Source of the DNA: Deltaproteobacteria bacterium
GTDB lineage: Bacteria; Myxococcota_A; Polyangia; Polyangiales; Houyiibacteriaceae
Direction of reading: 5' to 3'
NCBI GenBank assembly: GCA_034670305.1
Contig: JAXMNT010000004.1
Coordinates: forward strand, 128,001 to 192,000
Length of the DNA: 64,000 nucleotides
This document shows, piece by piece, positions 34,045 to 45,024 of the stretch. How positions within the stretch are numbered: the first letter of the stretch is position 1; each line of letters begins with the position of its first letter. Below the pieces are notes generated by a model. The model saw nothing but the letters and a program-made list of their open reading frames with translations. It ran no database searches and was not told the DNA's origin. A program made the translations under genes and the position numbers.

Positions 34045-35150
34045 AACTGGCCCACCCCGAGCGTTTTCCTGCCGCCCTGCGCACCATGATCACCACCCTG
34101 GAGGTCCAGCGAGCGGATGTCCGGATGTTGGAACTGCTGGCGAACGCCACCATCGACCCGGTGGCCCATCGGGACCTCGCACAGGTCCTCGCCCAATCTC
34201 CCGATGCCTCCTACGCCGCTGTCCTGATCGATCATCCCACCTGCGCTTCTCGGATCCCCAACGCGCAGCTCGCCGAAGCGGTCCTACCGAGCGCGTGGGA
34301 GAGCGCGCTCATCCAGGAGCGTCGAAAGCTGCTGCTGGCGGAGTTGGAGGCGTTCCCCGGCGCCGCCGACCAGGCGTCCGAGGTCGAGCGGAAGATCAGT
34401 TCGCAAAGGAAGCTCGAGGAGCAGCAGACCATCGCTCGTCTTGCGGAGCTCAGCGGCCACGCAGCACCCGGCCCTGCGCCCGACTTCCGCATGCCCACCG
34501 CCCCACTCGTCGGGTCCGAGCGGGGCTCCAAGTCCAGCGAAGCCCAGCGGGCGGGGTGTGAACTGGATCGGGAAGATCTCACGCGCTGGCTACTCGACGA
34601 CTCCCGAGACTTGGCCTCTGCCCGCATCGCCACCCTCGCGCATCGTGCCGTCACTGGCGGCGAAGACTCGACCGCTCGGAACGTTGTTCTCGCCGGAGGC
34701 TGGCCTACGCCTGCGACCCTGTCCCGCGCCTTCGAACATCCGGAGGCGGTGCCGTGGTGCACGGCGGACGCGGCGACTGCGTGGGCCGAGCTGGTGCTTC
34801 AATGCCCCGCGCCATGGATGCCCCGAAACGCGACTCCATGCACAGCATTCGTGGACGCGATCGGCCGTTCCTTCTCTGGTCACCGCTGGCCGGTTCGAAC
34901 CCGCACGGGCGAGTCGACCCATGTCCTGCTCGACCTGGAGTCCGCTTGGGGCGAGTACAGCACGCTCCACTTCACCGAGGCCAACGGGACGTTCTGCGCC
35001 ACGGGACTGAATCACTCCGCCCATCACTTCGGAGACGTTTGGTCCCCGGTGGACGAGACGGTGTTCGTGCGAATGCGATTGGAGGGGGGAACATCCCAGG
35101 ACGCTCTCTACCTGGCCAGGTTCCAGGATCGCATCCTTCTCGAGTACTGA
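34041..35150 (+). CDS. Hypothetical protein (atypical composition)
   Basis: GTGA overlap start; 369 aa; no recognised motif. Confidence 0.6.
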   Translation: MKLAHPERFPAALRTMITTLEVQRADVRMLELLANATIDPVAHRDLAQVLAQSPDASYAAVLIDHPTCASRIPNAQLAEAVLPSAWESALIQERRKLLLAELEAFPGAADQASEVERKISSQRKLEEQQTIARLAELSGHAAPGPAPDFRMPTAPLVGSERGSKSSEAQRAGCELDREDLTRWLLDDSRDLASARIATLAHRAVTGGEDSTARNVVLAGGWPTPATLSRAFEHPEAVPWCTADAATAWAELVLQCPAPWMPRNATPCTAFVDAIGRSFSGHRWPVRTRTGESTHVLLDLESAWGEYSTLHFTEANGTFCATGLNHSAHHFGDVWSPVDETVFVRMRLEGGTSQDALYLARFQDRILLEY

Positions 35151-35159
35151 CGCTCTCGC

Positions 35160-36515
35160 TCAGCGCACCACGGGCGTGAACTCCCGGCGCCGCTCCAGGT
35201 CGCCCACGCCCAGCCGGCCGTCGTCGTTCATGCCGGTGCAGTAGACCTCGTCGCCCGCGCGGCGGGCGCAGGTGTGGAAGCGACCGACGGCGACTTCTTG
35301 CCAGTCGTCGAAGGGGCCGACCGCGACCGGCGCGGATTGGTCTTCGAGGTCGCCCGTGCCGAGCTGGCCTTCGGCGTTGCGGCCCCAGCACTCGAGCACG
35401 CCGCCATTGCGAATCGCGCAGCCGTGGAAGGTGTCGGTGTCGAGGTCGGCGTAGCCTTCGCCGACCACCGTCGGCACGTCTCGGTCGATGCGGTCGCCGA
35501 GGCCGAGTTGTCCGTGCGAGTTGTCGCCCCAGCATGCGAGCGCGCCGCCGGCCGTGATTCCGCAGGAGTGCGACTGGCCGGCGACCGCGCGGCTCCATCG
35601 ATCGTCGCCAACCTGGGTGGGCGTGCGCCGCTGGACTGGTGCGCCGCGTCCGAGGCCGAGTTCGTGGCTGCCGTTGCGTCCCCAGCACGCGAGCGTGCCT
35701 TGCCCGTCGGTCGCGCAGGCGTGGCCTTGCCCGATGCGGACGGTTGCCCAGTCTTGGGTCGAGGCGACCATTGGGATGGGTTGGTCGGGCACGAACGGCG
35801 GTGGGTCGTCGAGGGCGAGCTGGCCTTCGTTGTTGCGGCCCCAGCATCGAAGCACGCCGAGCGCGTCGATCGCGCAGGTGTTGTCGTAGCCGCCAGCGAA
35901 CGCGACGACCGGCGGCACCTCGACGACGCCCGGCGGCCCGTCTTCGAAGTCGCCGCGTCCGAGCTGGCCGAAGTCGTTGCGTCCCCAGCACTGCAGCGCG
36001 CCGGCGCTGTCGCGCGCGCACGCGTGGGTGCCGCGTCCGCCGACTTCGACGTAGGTGCCGGCTGGCAGGGCGACCGGCGTCGGCACCAGGTGATCCGGGC
36101 CCGCCGCACCGGACTGTCCGGACGAGTTCGACCCCCAGCAGTACACCGCCCCGTCGAAGACCGCGCAGCTGTGGGTGCGTGCGGCCGAGAGCCGCCGTTC
36201 GCCAGCGACCGGGCCGCCCGCATCCGGCTGGCGCGCATCTGCCTCGAGCGCGACGTCGGGGGTGCCGACGTCCAAGACCGCCGAGTCGCCCGCATCGGCC
36301 GGGCTCAGGGTCGGCAGGTCGTCGATGCAACCGATGGAGAGAGACAGCGCGCACAACACGGCGCTTCGGGACAGCACCGCGATGCGAGACAGCACCGCGA
36401 TGCGAGACAGCACCGCGATGCGAGACAGCACCGCGATGCGAGACGGCAACGCGATTCCAGACAACACCGCGGGGTGCAGTTCCGCGGGGCCCGTTCGCGC
36501 GCGGAACGGGTTCAT
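35160..36515 (-). CDS. RCC1-repeat lipoprotein
   Basis: Repeated H.C......CWG.N..GQLG; lipobox SIGC; ATGA overlap. Confidence 0.92.
   Translation of the reverse strand: MNPFRARTGPAELHPAVLSGIALPSRIAVLSRIAVLSRIAVLSRIAVLSRSAVLCALSLSIGCIDDLPTLSPADAGDSAVLDVGTPDVALEADARQPDAGGPVAGERRLSAARTHSCAVFDGAVYCWGSNSSGQSGAAGPDHLVPTPVALPAGTYVEVGGRGTHACARDSAGALQCWGRNDFGQLGRGDFEDGPPGVVEVPPVVAFAGGYDNTCAIDALGVLRCWGRNNEGQLALDDPPPFVPDQPIPMVASTQDWATVRIGQGHACATDGQGTLACWGRNGSHELGLGRGAPVQRRTPTQVGDDRWSRAVAGQSHSCGITAGGALACWGDNSHGQLGLGDRIDRDVPTVVGEGYADLDTDTFHGCAIRNGGVLECWGRNAEGQLGTGDLEDQSAPVAVGPFDDWQEVAVGRFHTCARRAGDEVYCTGMNDDGRLGVGDLERRREFTPVVR
36370..36441. repeat. In-frame 18-bp tandem repeat
   Basis: (GACAGCACCGCGATGCGA)4 plus degenerate flanking copies; encodes (SRIAVL)n. 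Confidence 0.95.
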
Positions 36516-37525
36516 CGCCATGTGCCGAGCCCCAGCCGCGCGAAGATGGTGAAGCCTTGCACCGCGGTCAGCCGGTCGGCGCCGTCGAGCGCGGCCACCC
36601 CGGCGAGCGGTCCCCCCAGACTGACTTCGGCGAGCAGTCGGAACCGTCCGAACGCCTGACGCAACCCTGCGCCGCCGCGCAGCCCGACGCTGACCCCGGA
36701 ACGATCCGAAGCCACTCCGTCCGCTGCGGCCTCCGCGTGAAACCGGGTCCAGCCGAGGAACCCACCGAGGGTGAGCACCAAGTGGGTGCCTTGGTCTGGA
36801 CGTCCCCAAACTCCGACGCTGAGATCGAGATCTGCATGGGCACCGCGGCTTCGCACGCTGCCGAGTTGCCCCGTGCGCCGCCGCCCCACCCGGCCGCCGA
36901 TGCCGAGCCGCGCGCCGACGTGGCGGTGTAGCCACAGCTCGAACGTGAGCCCACCCCCGCCGTGGAGCTCGCCCCCGACGTAGCGCTCCAGGTTGCCGAC
37001 GACGTCGATCCAGAGCGGCAGCGAACTGCGGACGGACCCTTCGTTCTGCTGCACCACCCGGTCGACGATCGCGCGGACCTGCGGAGGCGGTGGCGCCGCG
37101 GTCTCGGGCGCGTCGTCGAGCAGCAGCTCCGTCCAGCTCGCGCGCACGAGTTCGTCGGCGGCGACCGCGATGGCGAGGCTGCGCGCGCCGGCGTCGAAGC
37201 CGGTCAGGTCGATGTCGCGCTCCACCCACTTGTCGGTCACCGCATCGCGCACCCGGATGTTGACCACGGTGTCGGTGGTGCGCGAGAGCGTGAGGCGCGC
37301 GATGGCATCGCTCGGCGCCGCACCCGCGATGCACAGATCGAGATCTTGAACCCGAAGCGCCGCGCGAAGCTCGGCCGCGATGGCCCCACGTTCGCCCGCC
37401 GGCCACGCGCCGTCGAGCACGAGATCGAGGTGCGGCCCGGCCGCGCGACAGACGTCTTGCGCGTCGCTGCGGGAGGCGGACGCGCAGACGAGGAGCAAAG
37501 CGAGGACGATGGACGGCCGGCCCAT
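36512..37525 (-). CDS. Secreted protein with probable C-terminal beta-barrel
   Basis: Signal peptide [17 protein letters not shown]; Gly-rich amphipathic strands. Confidence 0.7.
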   Translation of the reverse strand: MGRPSIVLALLLVCASASRSDAQDVCRAAGPHLDLVLDGAWPAGERGAIAAELRAALRVQDLDLCIAGAAPSDAIARLTLSRTTDTVVNIRVRDAVTDKWVERDIDLTGFDAGARSLAIAVAADELVRASWTELLLDDAPETAAPPPPQVRAIVDRVVQQNEGSVRSSLPLWIDVVGNLERYVGGELHGGGGLTFELWLHRHVGARLGIGGRVGRRRTGQLGSVRSRGAHADLDLSVGVWGRPDQGTHLVLTLGGFLGWTRFHAEAAADGVASDRSGVSVGLRGGAGLRQAFGRFRLLAEVSLGGPLAGVAALDGADRLTAVQGFTIFARLGLGTWR

Positions 37526-37579
37526 GGGGGACGGTACTCCAGGCGCGGCTGGCGCGGCAGTTCGCGCGTGCCCGTGGTT

Positions 37580-37953
<374 letters not shown>

Positions 37954-39003
37954 TCAGTCGCACAGGTTGGCGAGCGCGCTGGTGTGCCGGCCTTGTGGGT
38001 AGGCGGACACGTAGGAAGCGTGGCTCTCTTGGCAGCCGGCGGTGTCGCCGAGGCGGGCAAGCGCCCTCACGATGCGGGCCATGGCGTCTTCGCGGAAGGG
38101 GGAGGCGCCGGAGCGGAGGGAGCGGCGGAAGGCGCGGACGGCACCGCGGAGGTCGCCGAGATCGTCCATGCGGACGCGGCCGAGTTCGAAGGCGGTGAGG
38201 GGGACGCGGGTGTCGCGGGGATGGCGGCGGAGCAGACGTTCGTACAGGGCCTCTGCTTCGGAGGCCGAGCCGGTGCGGCGGGCTTCGCGGGCGCGTTCGA
38301 AGAGTTCGTCGGCGGTGGGGCGTGCGGCGCGGGCGACCTCGGCGACGGGCTCGGCCTCGCCTTCTTCCGGATCTTCCAGGCCGTCCTGCCCGGGCGCACC
38401 CTGCTGCAGCCCATCCAGCCCACGCAGCGCTTCGACCACGGGTTCTTCCGCCGCCTCTTCTGTCCAGCGCTCGCCTGCGCGCACGCGCTGGACCTGTTCG
38501 CCTCGTCGGACGTCGACGGCTCCCCGTTCAACCGACACCGAGACCGACGCGCCGCGGGTCACGGTGAAGCGGGTGCCGATGACTCGGACTTCCACACCGT
38601 TCGCGAGCACCACGAACGTGCGCGAGGGGTTGCGGGTCACGTCGAAGGTCGCGGCGCCCTCTTCGATTCGGATGCGGGTCTCGTCGCTGCCAACGGGCGC
38701 GTCCTCTCGATGCAGGAGCGAATGGGGCGCGGCCGCGATGGTCGAGCCATCCTCGAGCCGCGCGTGCACCGACGTCTGCTCGGACGCCAGCGTGGTGCCC
38801 GCCCAGTGGGGTTCGGCCGACGGGAGCTGCGACCAGGCCACGACGCCCAGCAGGACCGCGGCCGCCACCGCCAGCCACGCACGCGACCGCATCGGCGTGC
38901 GCTTCGCCTCGAGCTGATCGGCGATGGCCGACCAGTTCTCCTCCACGCGCTCCGGCGAGAGATCCGGTTCGACGAGCGACCGGCGATCGAGCGGCTCGGT
39001 CAT
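37954..39003 (-). CDS. FecR-domain anti-sigma protein with C-terminal TPR
   Basis: TM helix, [29 protein letters not shown]; helical repeat C-terminus. Confidence 0.9.
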   Translation of the reverse strand: MTEPLDRRSLVEPDLSPERVEENWSAIADQLEAKRTPMRSRAWLAVAAAVLLGVVAWSQLPSAEPHWAGTTLASEQTSVHARLEDGSTIAAAPHSLLHREDAPVGSDETRIRIEEGAATFDVTRNPSRTFVVLANGVEVRVIGTRFTVTRGASVSVSVERGAVDVRRGEQVQRVRAGERWTEEAAEEPVVEALRGLDGLQQGAPGQDGLEDPEEGEAEPVAEVARAARPTADELFERAREARRTGSASEAEALYERLLRRHPRDTRVPLTAFELGRVRMDDLGDLRGAVRAFRRSLRSGASPFREDAMARIVRALARLGDTAGCQESHASYVSAYPQGRHTSALANLCD

Positions 39004-39578
39004 CGCGCACCTCGTTCGAGCCGCGCGTTCAAGAGCGTGTCGCCATCCTGGATGCGTCGCTTCACCGTCGCGATGGAACGGCCCATCTGCGCCGCGATCT
39101 CCGCGATGCTCAGCCCCTCGACGCGCCGAAGCACGAGTGCGATCCGCACATCGGTCGGGAGCGCATCCAGCAGTCCGTAGAGCGCGCGCAGCTCCAGCCG
39201 CACCTCGGCCGACGCCGTGTTCGACACCAACCGGTCCACGGCGACCGCTTCGGTCGGCAGGAAGAACCGGCGGCGGCGTTGCCGCTTTCGGATCGTGGCC
39301 CGGGCGCAGTTCACGACGATCGTCCCCAGCCACTTCGCGAAGGCCTGTGGGTCGCGCAACGTGTCGAGCCGTTCGTACGCGGTGACGAAGGCGTCTTGCA
39401 CGAGGTCGTCGACGTCGACGCCGCCAAGCAGCCGATGCGCGAGCCCGGTCGCGAGCCCGACGTGCCGGCGGTAGAGGACCTCTTTGGCACGCATGTCGCC
39501 GTCGAGCGCGCGGCGGACCCACGCCCCATCGGGAAGCTCCGCATCGGCCCCTCGGCGCAGTGGTACGACGACACCCAT
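39000..39578 (-). CDS. ECF sigma-70 factor
   Basis: [29 protein letters not shown]. Confidence 0.93.
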   Translation of the reverse strand: MGVVVPLRRGADAELPDGAWVRRALDGDMRAKEVLYRRHVGLATGLAHRLLGGVDVDDLVQDAFVTAYERLDTLRDPQAFAKWLGTIVVNCARATIRKRQRRRRFFLPTEAVAVDRLVSNTASAEVRLELRALYGLLDALPTDVRIALVLRRVEGLSIAEIAAQMGRSIATVKRRIQDGDTLLNARLERGAR

Positions 39579-39642
39579 CTCCACAGGATAGGTGCACCTC
39601 GGGCCACCAACGGCTCAAAATGCTCCAACCCAGGCGCCTGCC

Positions 39643-39678
39643 TAGGGCCGCCAGTCTCGCGAAGCGAGCCAGGCCCGT
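39643..39678 (-). repeat. REP-like palindrome, copy C
   Basis: 36 nt identical to the reverse complement of 62977-63012 and 63205-63240. Confidence 0.9.
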
Positions 39679-39690
39679 GCTGGCAGAAGA

Positions 39691-40869
39691 CTACGGGCAC
39701 CGTGCTGCCTGGCCGTAGGCCATGAACCGGATCGGGTGGCTGCCGACGAACGCGTCCGCTTCCGCCCAGTTCGTTCCGTCGCTCGAGCGGTAGAAGACCT
39801 GGTCTTCGTACCAGACCTGCCAGCCCCCACGGACCCCGACGTAGGATCCATCGCCGTACGCCACCGCGCCGAGCGTGATGCCGCCGGGCGACATGTCCGA
39901 CGAGTTCCAAGTCACCCCGTCTGCGCTGCGGTGGACCTGGCCGCGGCTCCACGCGACGAACTCGGTCCCGTTCCACACCAGCTGGGAGGACACCTCGGTG
40001 CCGATCGAAGACTCCACGAAGGTCTGGCCATCGGTGGACGCACAAGCGACACCATCACCCCCGAGGATCAACGTGGTGCCGCCGCCTGCGACGATGCCGC
40101 CGCGGGTCTGGACCGACGCGCCACATGCGCTCGGCATGCTCTCCGCGTGACGCCAGCTCACGCCGAGGTCGTCGCTCAAGACGACGTCGCGCATGCCGCC
40201 GTCTTCGCCGACCATGACGAAGCGCCCGTCCCCGAAGCCCGCGCGGCGCACGTTGAAGACCGAGAGCATGCTCTCGCCGCCCTCGACCCAGGTGTCGCCG
40301 AAGTCGGTCGAGCGGCGGACGTTGCGCGCGGCGGCCAGCACCACACCACCGCCGAAGACCACGTCGCCAAAGGTCGTGTCTGCGAGCGTGCGGGTCCAGC
40401 TCGTGCCCTCGGCAGTCCAGTCGATGCCGCCGGGCGGCCCCCAGCCCCAGGTCGCGACGAACCGTGGGCCGGTCGGTGTGGGCGCAAACGCGATGCCCTT
40501 GGCGGCGCCCGGGTGGTGGTCGCAGTCGTACTCGCCCTCGGCCGGCCAACACACCGCGTCGTCGTCGAGGGAGCGGTTGGCGACCCACGTGCGGCCGCCG
40601 TCGCACGACACCGTGGTGCGCCCGACGTGTCCCTGCGCAACGAAGACGTTGACCGCGCTTGTCTCGCCCGCGTCCTCGCCCCGCGCGTCTTCACCCGCAG
40701 CGTCTTCGGCCGCCACGTCGCTCGCGGGCGCATCGCGTTCAGGACCCGAGTCCACGCTACCCGCATCCACCCGGCCAGCGTCCAGCGGATCGGACGGGTC
40801 GGAGTCACACGCCACCCCAGTGGAGACGAGCGCGCTGGCGGCGATGAGGACAAACAGAGGGCGGGTCAC
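39691..40869 (-). CDS. Lipoprotein with BNR/Asp-box beta-propeller repeats
   Basis: Lipobox GVAC; SCDGGRTW, STDFGDTW, SDDLGVSW, SADGVTW, SSDGTNW; start uncertain. Confidence 0.85.
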   Translation of the reverse strand: MTRPLFVLIAASALVSTGVACDSDPSDPLDAGRVDAGSVDSGPERDAPASDVAAEDAAGEDARGEDAGETSAVNVFVAQGHVGRTTVSCDGGRTWVANRSLDDDAVCWPAEGEYDCDHHPGAAKGIAFAPTPTGPRFVATWGWGPPGGIDWTAEGTSWTRTLADTTFGDVVFGGGVVLAAARNVRRSTDFGDTWVEGGESMLSVFNVRRAGFGDGRFVMVGEDGGMRDVVLSDDLGVSWRHAESMPSACGASVQTRGGIVAGGGTTLILGGDGVACASTDGQTFVESSIGTEVSSQLVWNGTEFVAWSRGQVHRSADGVTWNSSDMSPGGITLGAVAYGDGSYVGVRGGWQVWYEDQVFYRSSDGTNWAEADAFVGSHPIRFMAYGQAARCP

Positions 40870-40938
40870 AAAGGGTAGGAGCGTGACGGGGCAAGAACGG
40901 CTCAAATGATTCGGGAAGCGGAAGCGGAAACGGAAAGA

Positions 40939-40962
40939 GCCGGCGCCCAGGCGGACGCCGGC
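40939..40962 (-). terminator. Intrinsic terminator-like hairpin after four-helix-bundle copy 2
   Basis: Minus strand GCCGGCGTCC-GCCT-GGGCGCCGGC followed by TCTTTCCGTTTCCGCTTCCG. Confidence 0.6.
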
Positions 40963-40968
40963 CTCCGG

Positions 40969-41283
40969 TCAACGGCTTAGCTTGTAGAGCATCGCGCAGA
41001 TATGGTCGCACCGGTCGAGGAGCGCCGGGTCGACGTCGATGTACCCGAAGACCTCTGCGAGCTGCATCGCCGCCTTCAGCTCGCTGCACTCGCCACATGC
41101 AATCGAGAACTTGTCATGACACCGCAGCCCTCGCGCTTGCTTTGCTTCCGCAATGTTGAGGACCACGCTCTGCGCCGCCCGCTGCATCTGAGACGCAAGC
41201 GAAGCGTCGTGCTTGCGAACGCTCGGCAGCACCTGCGCACGCAGCGAACGAACCAGTTCGAAAGAAGTTTGAAGAACGATCAT
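40969..41283 (-). CDS. Four helix bundle protein (23S rRNA IVP/TIGR02436-like)
   Basis: 104 aa; QMQRAAQSVVLNIAE signature, A.GE..E...QLA..GYI, MLYKL. Confidence 0.9.
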   Translation of the reverse strand: MIVLQTSFELVRSLRAQVLPSVRKHDASLASQMQRAAQSVVLNIAEAKQARGLRCHDKFSIACGECSELKAAMQLAEVFGYIDVDPALLDRCDHICAMLYKLSR

Positions 41284-41320
41284 CGGAGACCCCTGAGTGA
41301 AGACGACCGAGCAGTGTGCC

Positions 41321-41430
41321 CGGCGGCCGCAGGCCGCCGTCGCCTGGTGGGTCAGGGGTCAAGGGCGAAGCGACGCGCATCGCGTCGGGCCGAAGGCCCC
41401 CTTGAGGCCTGGCACACCAGGCGACACGCT
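41321..41430 (+). repeat. Structured palindromic element, copy 2
   Basis: CGGCGGCC-GCA-GGCCGCCG hairpin; stem 41339-41356/41408-41425; TCAAGGG/CCCTTGA enclosing GCGAAGC, GACGC-GCATC-GCGTC and GGCC-GAA-GGCC. Confidence 0.85.
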
Positions 41431-41530
41431 TGATCACCTGCCGTGCACAACCCCACCCGCAAAATGGGCACTCGAATCCCCACTCCGAAGGAGAGGATTC
41501 GGCCGACCTCCGAAGGAGGAGGCTACCCGC

Positions 41531-41640
41531 GGTTTCGGTTTCGGTTTCGGTTTCGGTTTCGGTAGCGGAAGCGGAAGCGGAAGCGGAAGCGGAAGCGGAA
41601 GCGGAAGCGGAAGCGGAAGCGGAAGCGGAAGCGGAAGCGG
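41531..41640. repeat. Hexamer tract
   Basis: (GGTTTC)5 GGTAGC (GGAAGC)~12. Confidence 0.95.
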
Positions 41641-41689
41641 AGCAGAACTCTTTTGAGCCGTTTCCGAGTGCCCGGTCTCCTACCCCGCA

Positions 41690-43444
41690 ATGGGACCTGT
41701 GCCACACCTCCGAGCGTTCGTGCTCCTCGGCGTCTCCGTCGGCCTTCTCGGCTGCCAGGGGATCATCGACGAACCGAACTGGATGCCTCCGGACGACGAG
41801 TTCTACGAAGCGGAGGTCGACTTCGAGTGCCCCGCCGACCGAGCCCCCGTCGATGCGCCGCTGCGCCGCTTGAGTCGAACGCAGCTCGAGAACACGGTGC
41901 GCGACACGCTCACCGCGCTGCTCGGCGAAGGCGAGAGCGGGGTGGTCATGAACGAGATCAACCGTGAGCTCGGTGCCATCCCAGGCGACCTGCGCACGAC
42001 CGACTCCGACCAGCAAGAAGGCCAGCTCGCGTTCTACCGGGCAGACCAGTCGGTCGGCGGTTCCGCGGTCGACGCCCACTACGGGCTGAGCCTGCAGCTC
42101 GGCGAAGCACTGACCACGCCCTCCCGACTCGACGCCCTCGGCTCGGGCTGCTTGATGGTCGGCAACTCCGACGGCGCGTGCATCGACGGGTTCATCCGGC
42201 GGGTCGGCGACCTCACCCACCGCCGCCCGATGCAAGAGGACGAGTTCCGCTTCTACCGCGACGAGGTCTACACGGCGGGCGACCTCATCACCCTCGAAGA
42301 CCTGCGCGATGTGGTCACCGTGCTCTTCGCCCAGCCGAACTTCCTCTTTCACGTGGAAGGCACCGGCACCCTGACCGCACACGAAGCCGCCAACCGGTTG
42401 AGCTACCACCTGTGGGACACGATGCCCGACGACGCGCTTCGGGCATCCGCCGCGAGCGGCGATTTGCTGACTTCGGAGGGCTGGCAAGCCGAGGTCACCC
42501 GGGTGCTCGCCGACCCGCGGTCCGAACAAGCGTTCCGCAGCTTCCTCACCGAGTGGCTCCGCTTCGACCACCTCAACACCGCGAGCACCGGCACCGGCGC
42601 CGACTTCGAGGCCATCGCCGGCGACTTGGATCTCGACGCCGAGTTCGACCGCGCCGTCGAAGACGAGCTCGTCGATCTCTTCGCACACGTCGTGCGCACG
42701 GGCGGCACCTTCGAAGACTTCTTCCTCTCCGAGGTGACGCCGACGTCGCACCCGATCCTGGCCGAGTTCTACGGGGTCTCGCCCGCGGCGCCGGGCGAAG
42801 TCGTCGCCGTGCCGCCCGAACGCCGCGGCATCCTCACCCGCGTGGGCCTCTTGCTCTCCCGTGCGGAAGTCGCGCTGCCCACCATCAACTCGATCACCCA
42901 CCCCATCCTGCGCGGCGTGTTCGTCCGCCGGCAAATCACGTGCGACAACCTGCAGGCCGCGCCGGGCGGCGCGATGGACGACTTGCCCGTCGTCGACCGC
43001 TCGGTGGTCGGCTCTCGCGACGCGACCAACCGGCTGACCGGCAGCATCGACTGCAGCGGATGCCACGGCCGCATCAACCCGACCGGCTTCGCGTTCGAAG
43101 GCTTCGACGCCATCGGCCGCGCGCGCACGATGGAGCCGCTCTTCAACGCCGCCGGCGAACAGACCGCGCTGCTGCCCATCGACGCGAGCGCGCAGGTCTT
43201 CGAATCCGAAGACCCCATCACCGGGCCGGTCGAGCTCGGCCAGGTGCTCTTCGATTCCGAGAAACCCGGCGCGTGTTTCACCCGGCACTACGTACGCTTC
43301 GCGCTCGGCCGCACCGAGCGGCTCGAAGAAGACGGGTGTCTGTTGCGCGACATGGACGAAGCCATCGACGACGGACGACCCCTCCGCGAGGTGCTCTCCA
43401 TGGTGATCCTGAACCCCGACTTTCGAGTGCGAGCGGAGAACTGA
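41690..43444 (+). CDS. DUF1592/DUF1588/DUF1595-domain protein
   Basis: LRRLSRTQ, NRLSYHLWDTMPD, RGILT, PILRGVFV, CSGCH; lipobox LLGC. Confidence 0.9.
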   Translation: MGPVPHLRAFVLLGVSVGLLGCQGIIDEPNWMPPDDEFYEAEVDFECPADRAPVDAPLRRLSRTQLENTVRDTLTALLGEGESGVVMNEINRELGAIPGDLRTTDSDQQEGQLAFYRADQSVGGSAVDAHYGLSLQLGEALTTPSRLDALGSGCLMVGNSDGACIDGFIRRVGDLTHRRPMQEDEFRFYRDEVYTAGDLITLEDLRDVVTVLFAQPNFLFHVEGTGTLTAHEAANRLSYHLWDTMPDDALRASAASGDLLTSEGWQAEVTRVLADPRSEQAFRSFLTEWLRFDHLNTASTGTGADFEAIAGDLDLDAEFDRAVEDELVDLFAHVVRTGGTFEDFFLSEVTPTSHPILAEFYGVSPAAPGEVVAVPPERRGILTRVGLLLSRAEVALPTINSITHPILRGVFVRRQITCDNLQAAPGGAMDDLPVVDRSVVGSRDATNRLTGSIDCSGCHGRINPTGFAFEGFDAIGRARTMEPLFNAAGEQTALLPIDASAQVFESEDPITGPVELGQVLFDSEKPGACFTRHYVRFALGRTERLEEDGCLLRDMDEAIDDGRPLREVLSMVILNPDFRVRAEN

Positions 43445-43446
43445 CG

Positions 43447-44994
43447 ATGACGGTACGCAAGTTTGGACGACGCTGGATGCTGCTTGGTGGCGGCGCCTCT
43501 CTCATGATCCCCGCATTGCCCAGTCTGCTCCGCGGCACGAAGACCGCCGCGCAGGACGGTGCGCTGCCGCGCCGCATGGTGGCCATCGTCACGGAACACG
43601 GCGGCGTGTGGCAGGACGACTTCTACCCGGCCGAATCGCTCGCTTCGACGCCCTTCGCGCACCCGCTGCATCCGTGCCACCAGGGCGCGCTGACGTCGAT
43701 GGTGGCGGGCAGCGACCGCGTCATGTCGCCGACCCTTCGTGCACCGAGCGGCCTCTTCACCGAGAGCATCGCCTCGAAGATGAACGTGCTGCGCGGGCTC
43801 GACGTGCCGTTCTACTACGGGCACGGGCGCCACTCGCTCGGCAACTACGGGGACATGTCGAACAACCACGACGAGTTCCCGGACGACCAGCAGACGGCCG
43901 ACCAGATCATGGCGTACTCACCGGCGGTCTACGAGACCACGCCGCGTCGCCGGACCATGTACTTCGGATCCGAGGCGCTCAGCGTCGAACTCCGCGACCG
44001 CACGCTCGGCCCGTCCGGTGGGTTTCAGCCGGTCGAAGAAGTCGGCGCGCAGACCATCTTCGATTCCATCTACGTCGAGACCACCACCGAGCCGCCCCGC
44101 CCCTCGCCGATCAACGCGGTCTACGAGAGCTACGCGCGGCTCGAGTCCGGCCGCTTCGGCGCGGGTGCGCGCCTCGGTCGGGCCGACCGCCAGCGACTCA
44201 CCCAATACATGGATCGACTCAGCGACATCCGCGCCTCGTTGATGGCCGGAGTCGGCGCGTCCTGCAGCGACGTGACGCCCATCGCCGGGCTGCCCGACCG
44301 TTGGTCGCGCTACGGACGAGACACGTACGCCTTGATCAACGACGTCGTCGTGGCGGGCTTCATGTGCGACAGCAGCCGCATCGCCATCATCCGCGTCAAC
44401 GACGCATTCAACGACGCCATCGACGCGTACCCCGGCGGCTACCACGAGGTCGCGCACAACGGCGCGGGCACCGACACCAGCATGGTGGAACCCGCGGTGC
44501 TCGAGAACCTCGGCGCCATGCTGCGCGACGGCGGCCGCAACTTCTTCGCCGGCGCCTACCTCGACCTGGTGTCGAAGCTCGACGGCATCTCCGAGGGCGA
44601 CGGCACCATGCTCGACAACAGCCTCGTCTGGTGGACCCAAGAAGCCGGCTCCTCGACGCACAACGGAGACTCGATCCCCATCGTCACCGCGGGCGGCGCC
44701 GGCGACCGGCTCAACACCGGCCTCTACCTCGACTTCCGCAACCGCCCCGAGATGCGCTTCAGCGCCGAGCAGCACATCTACGCCAACGAAGGCCGCCGCC
44801 CCGGCGCGTGTTTCTTCCAGTGGACCACCACCTACCTCGACGCCTTCGGCGTCGGCCGCGAAGAGTGGCAAACCGCCGACCGCCGCGCCTTCAGCGCCAT
44901 GGGCCCCAACCACACCTGGATGCGCATGCAGTACGACCAGTCCGCCATGGACGCGAGCTGCGACGACCCCCTGCCCCACCTGATGCGTACATAA
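43447..44994 (+). CDS. DUF1552-domain protein (Tat-like signal)
   Basis: GRRWML.G.G...LP.L N-terminus, TMLDNSLV, H-x-G-D; typical partner of DUF1592. Confidence 0.85.
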   Translation: MTVRKFGRRWMLLGGGASLMIPALPSLLRGTKTAAQDGALPRRMVAIVTEHGGVWQDDFYPAESLASTPFAHPLHPCHQGALTSMVAGSDRVMSPTLRAPSGLFTESIASKMNVLRGLDVPFYYGHGRHSLGNYGDMSNNHDEFPDDQQTADQIMAYSPAVYETTPRRRTMYFGSEALSVELRDRTLGPSGGFQPVEEVGAQTIFDSIYVETTTEPPRPSPINAVYESYARLESGRFGAGARLGRADRQRLTQYMDRLSDIRASLMAGVGASCSDVTPIAGLPDRWSRYGRDTYALINDVVVAGFMCDSSRIAIIRVNDAFNDAIDAYPGGYHEVAHNGAGTDTSMVEPAVLENLGAMLRDGGRNFFAGAYLDLVSKLDGISEGDGTMLDNSLVWWTQEAGSSTHNGDSIPIVTAGGAGDRLNTGLYLDFRNRPEMRFSAEQHIYANEGRRPGACFFQWTTTYLDAFGVGREEWQTADRRAFSAMGPNHTWMRMQYDQSAMDASCDDPLPHLMRT

Positions 44995-45024
44995 GAGCGC
45001 CGCGCCGGAGCTGCCTCCGAATTT

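Noticed and set aside
40969-41283. Diversity-generating retroelement or 23S rRNA intervening sequence
   Set aside because: No reverse transcriptase, no TR/VR pair with adenine-specific mismatches noticed, and no rRNA in the window.
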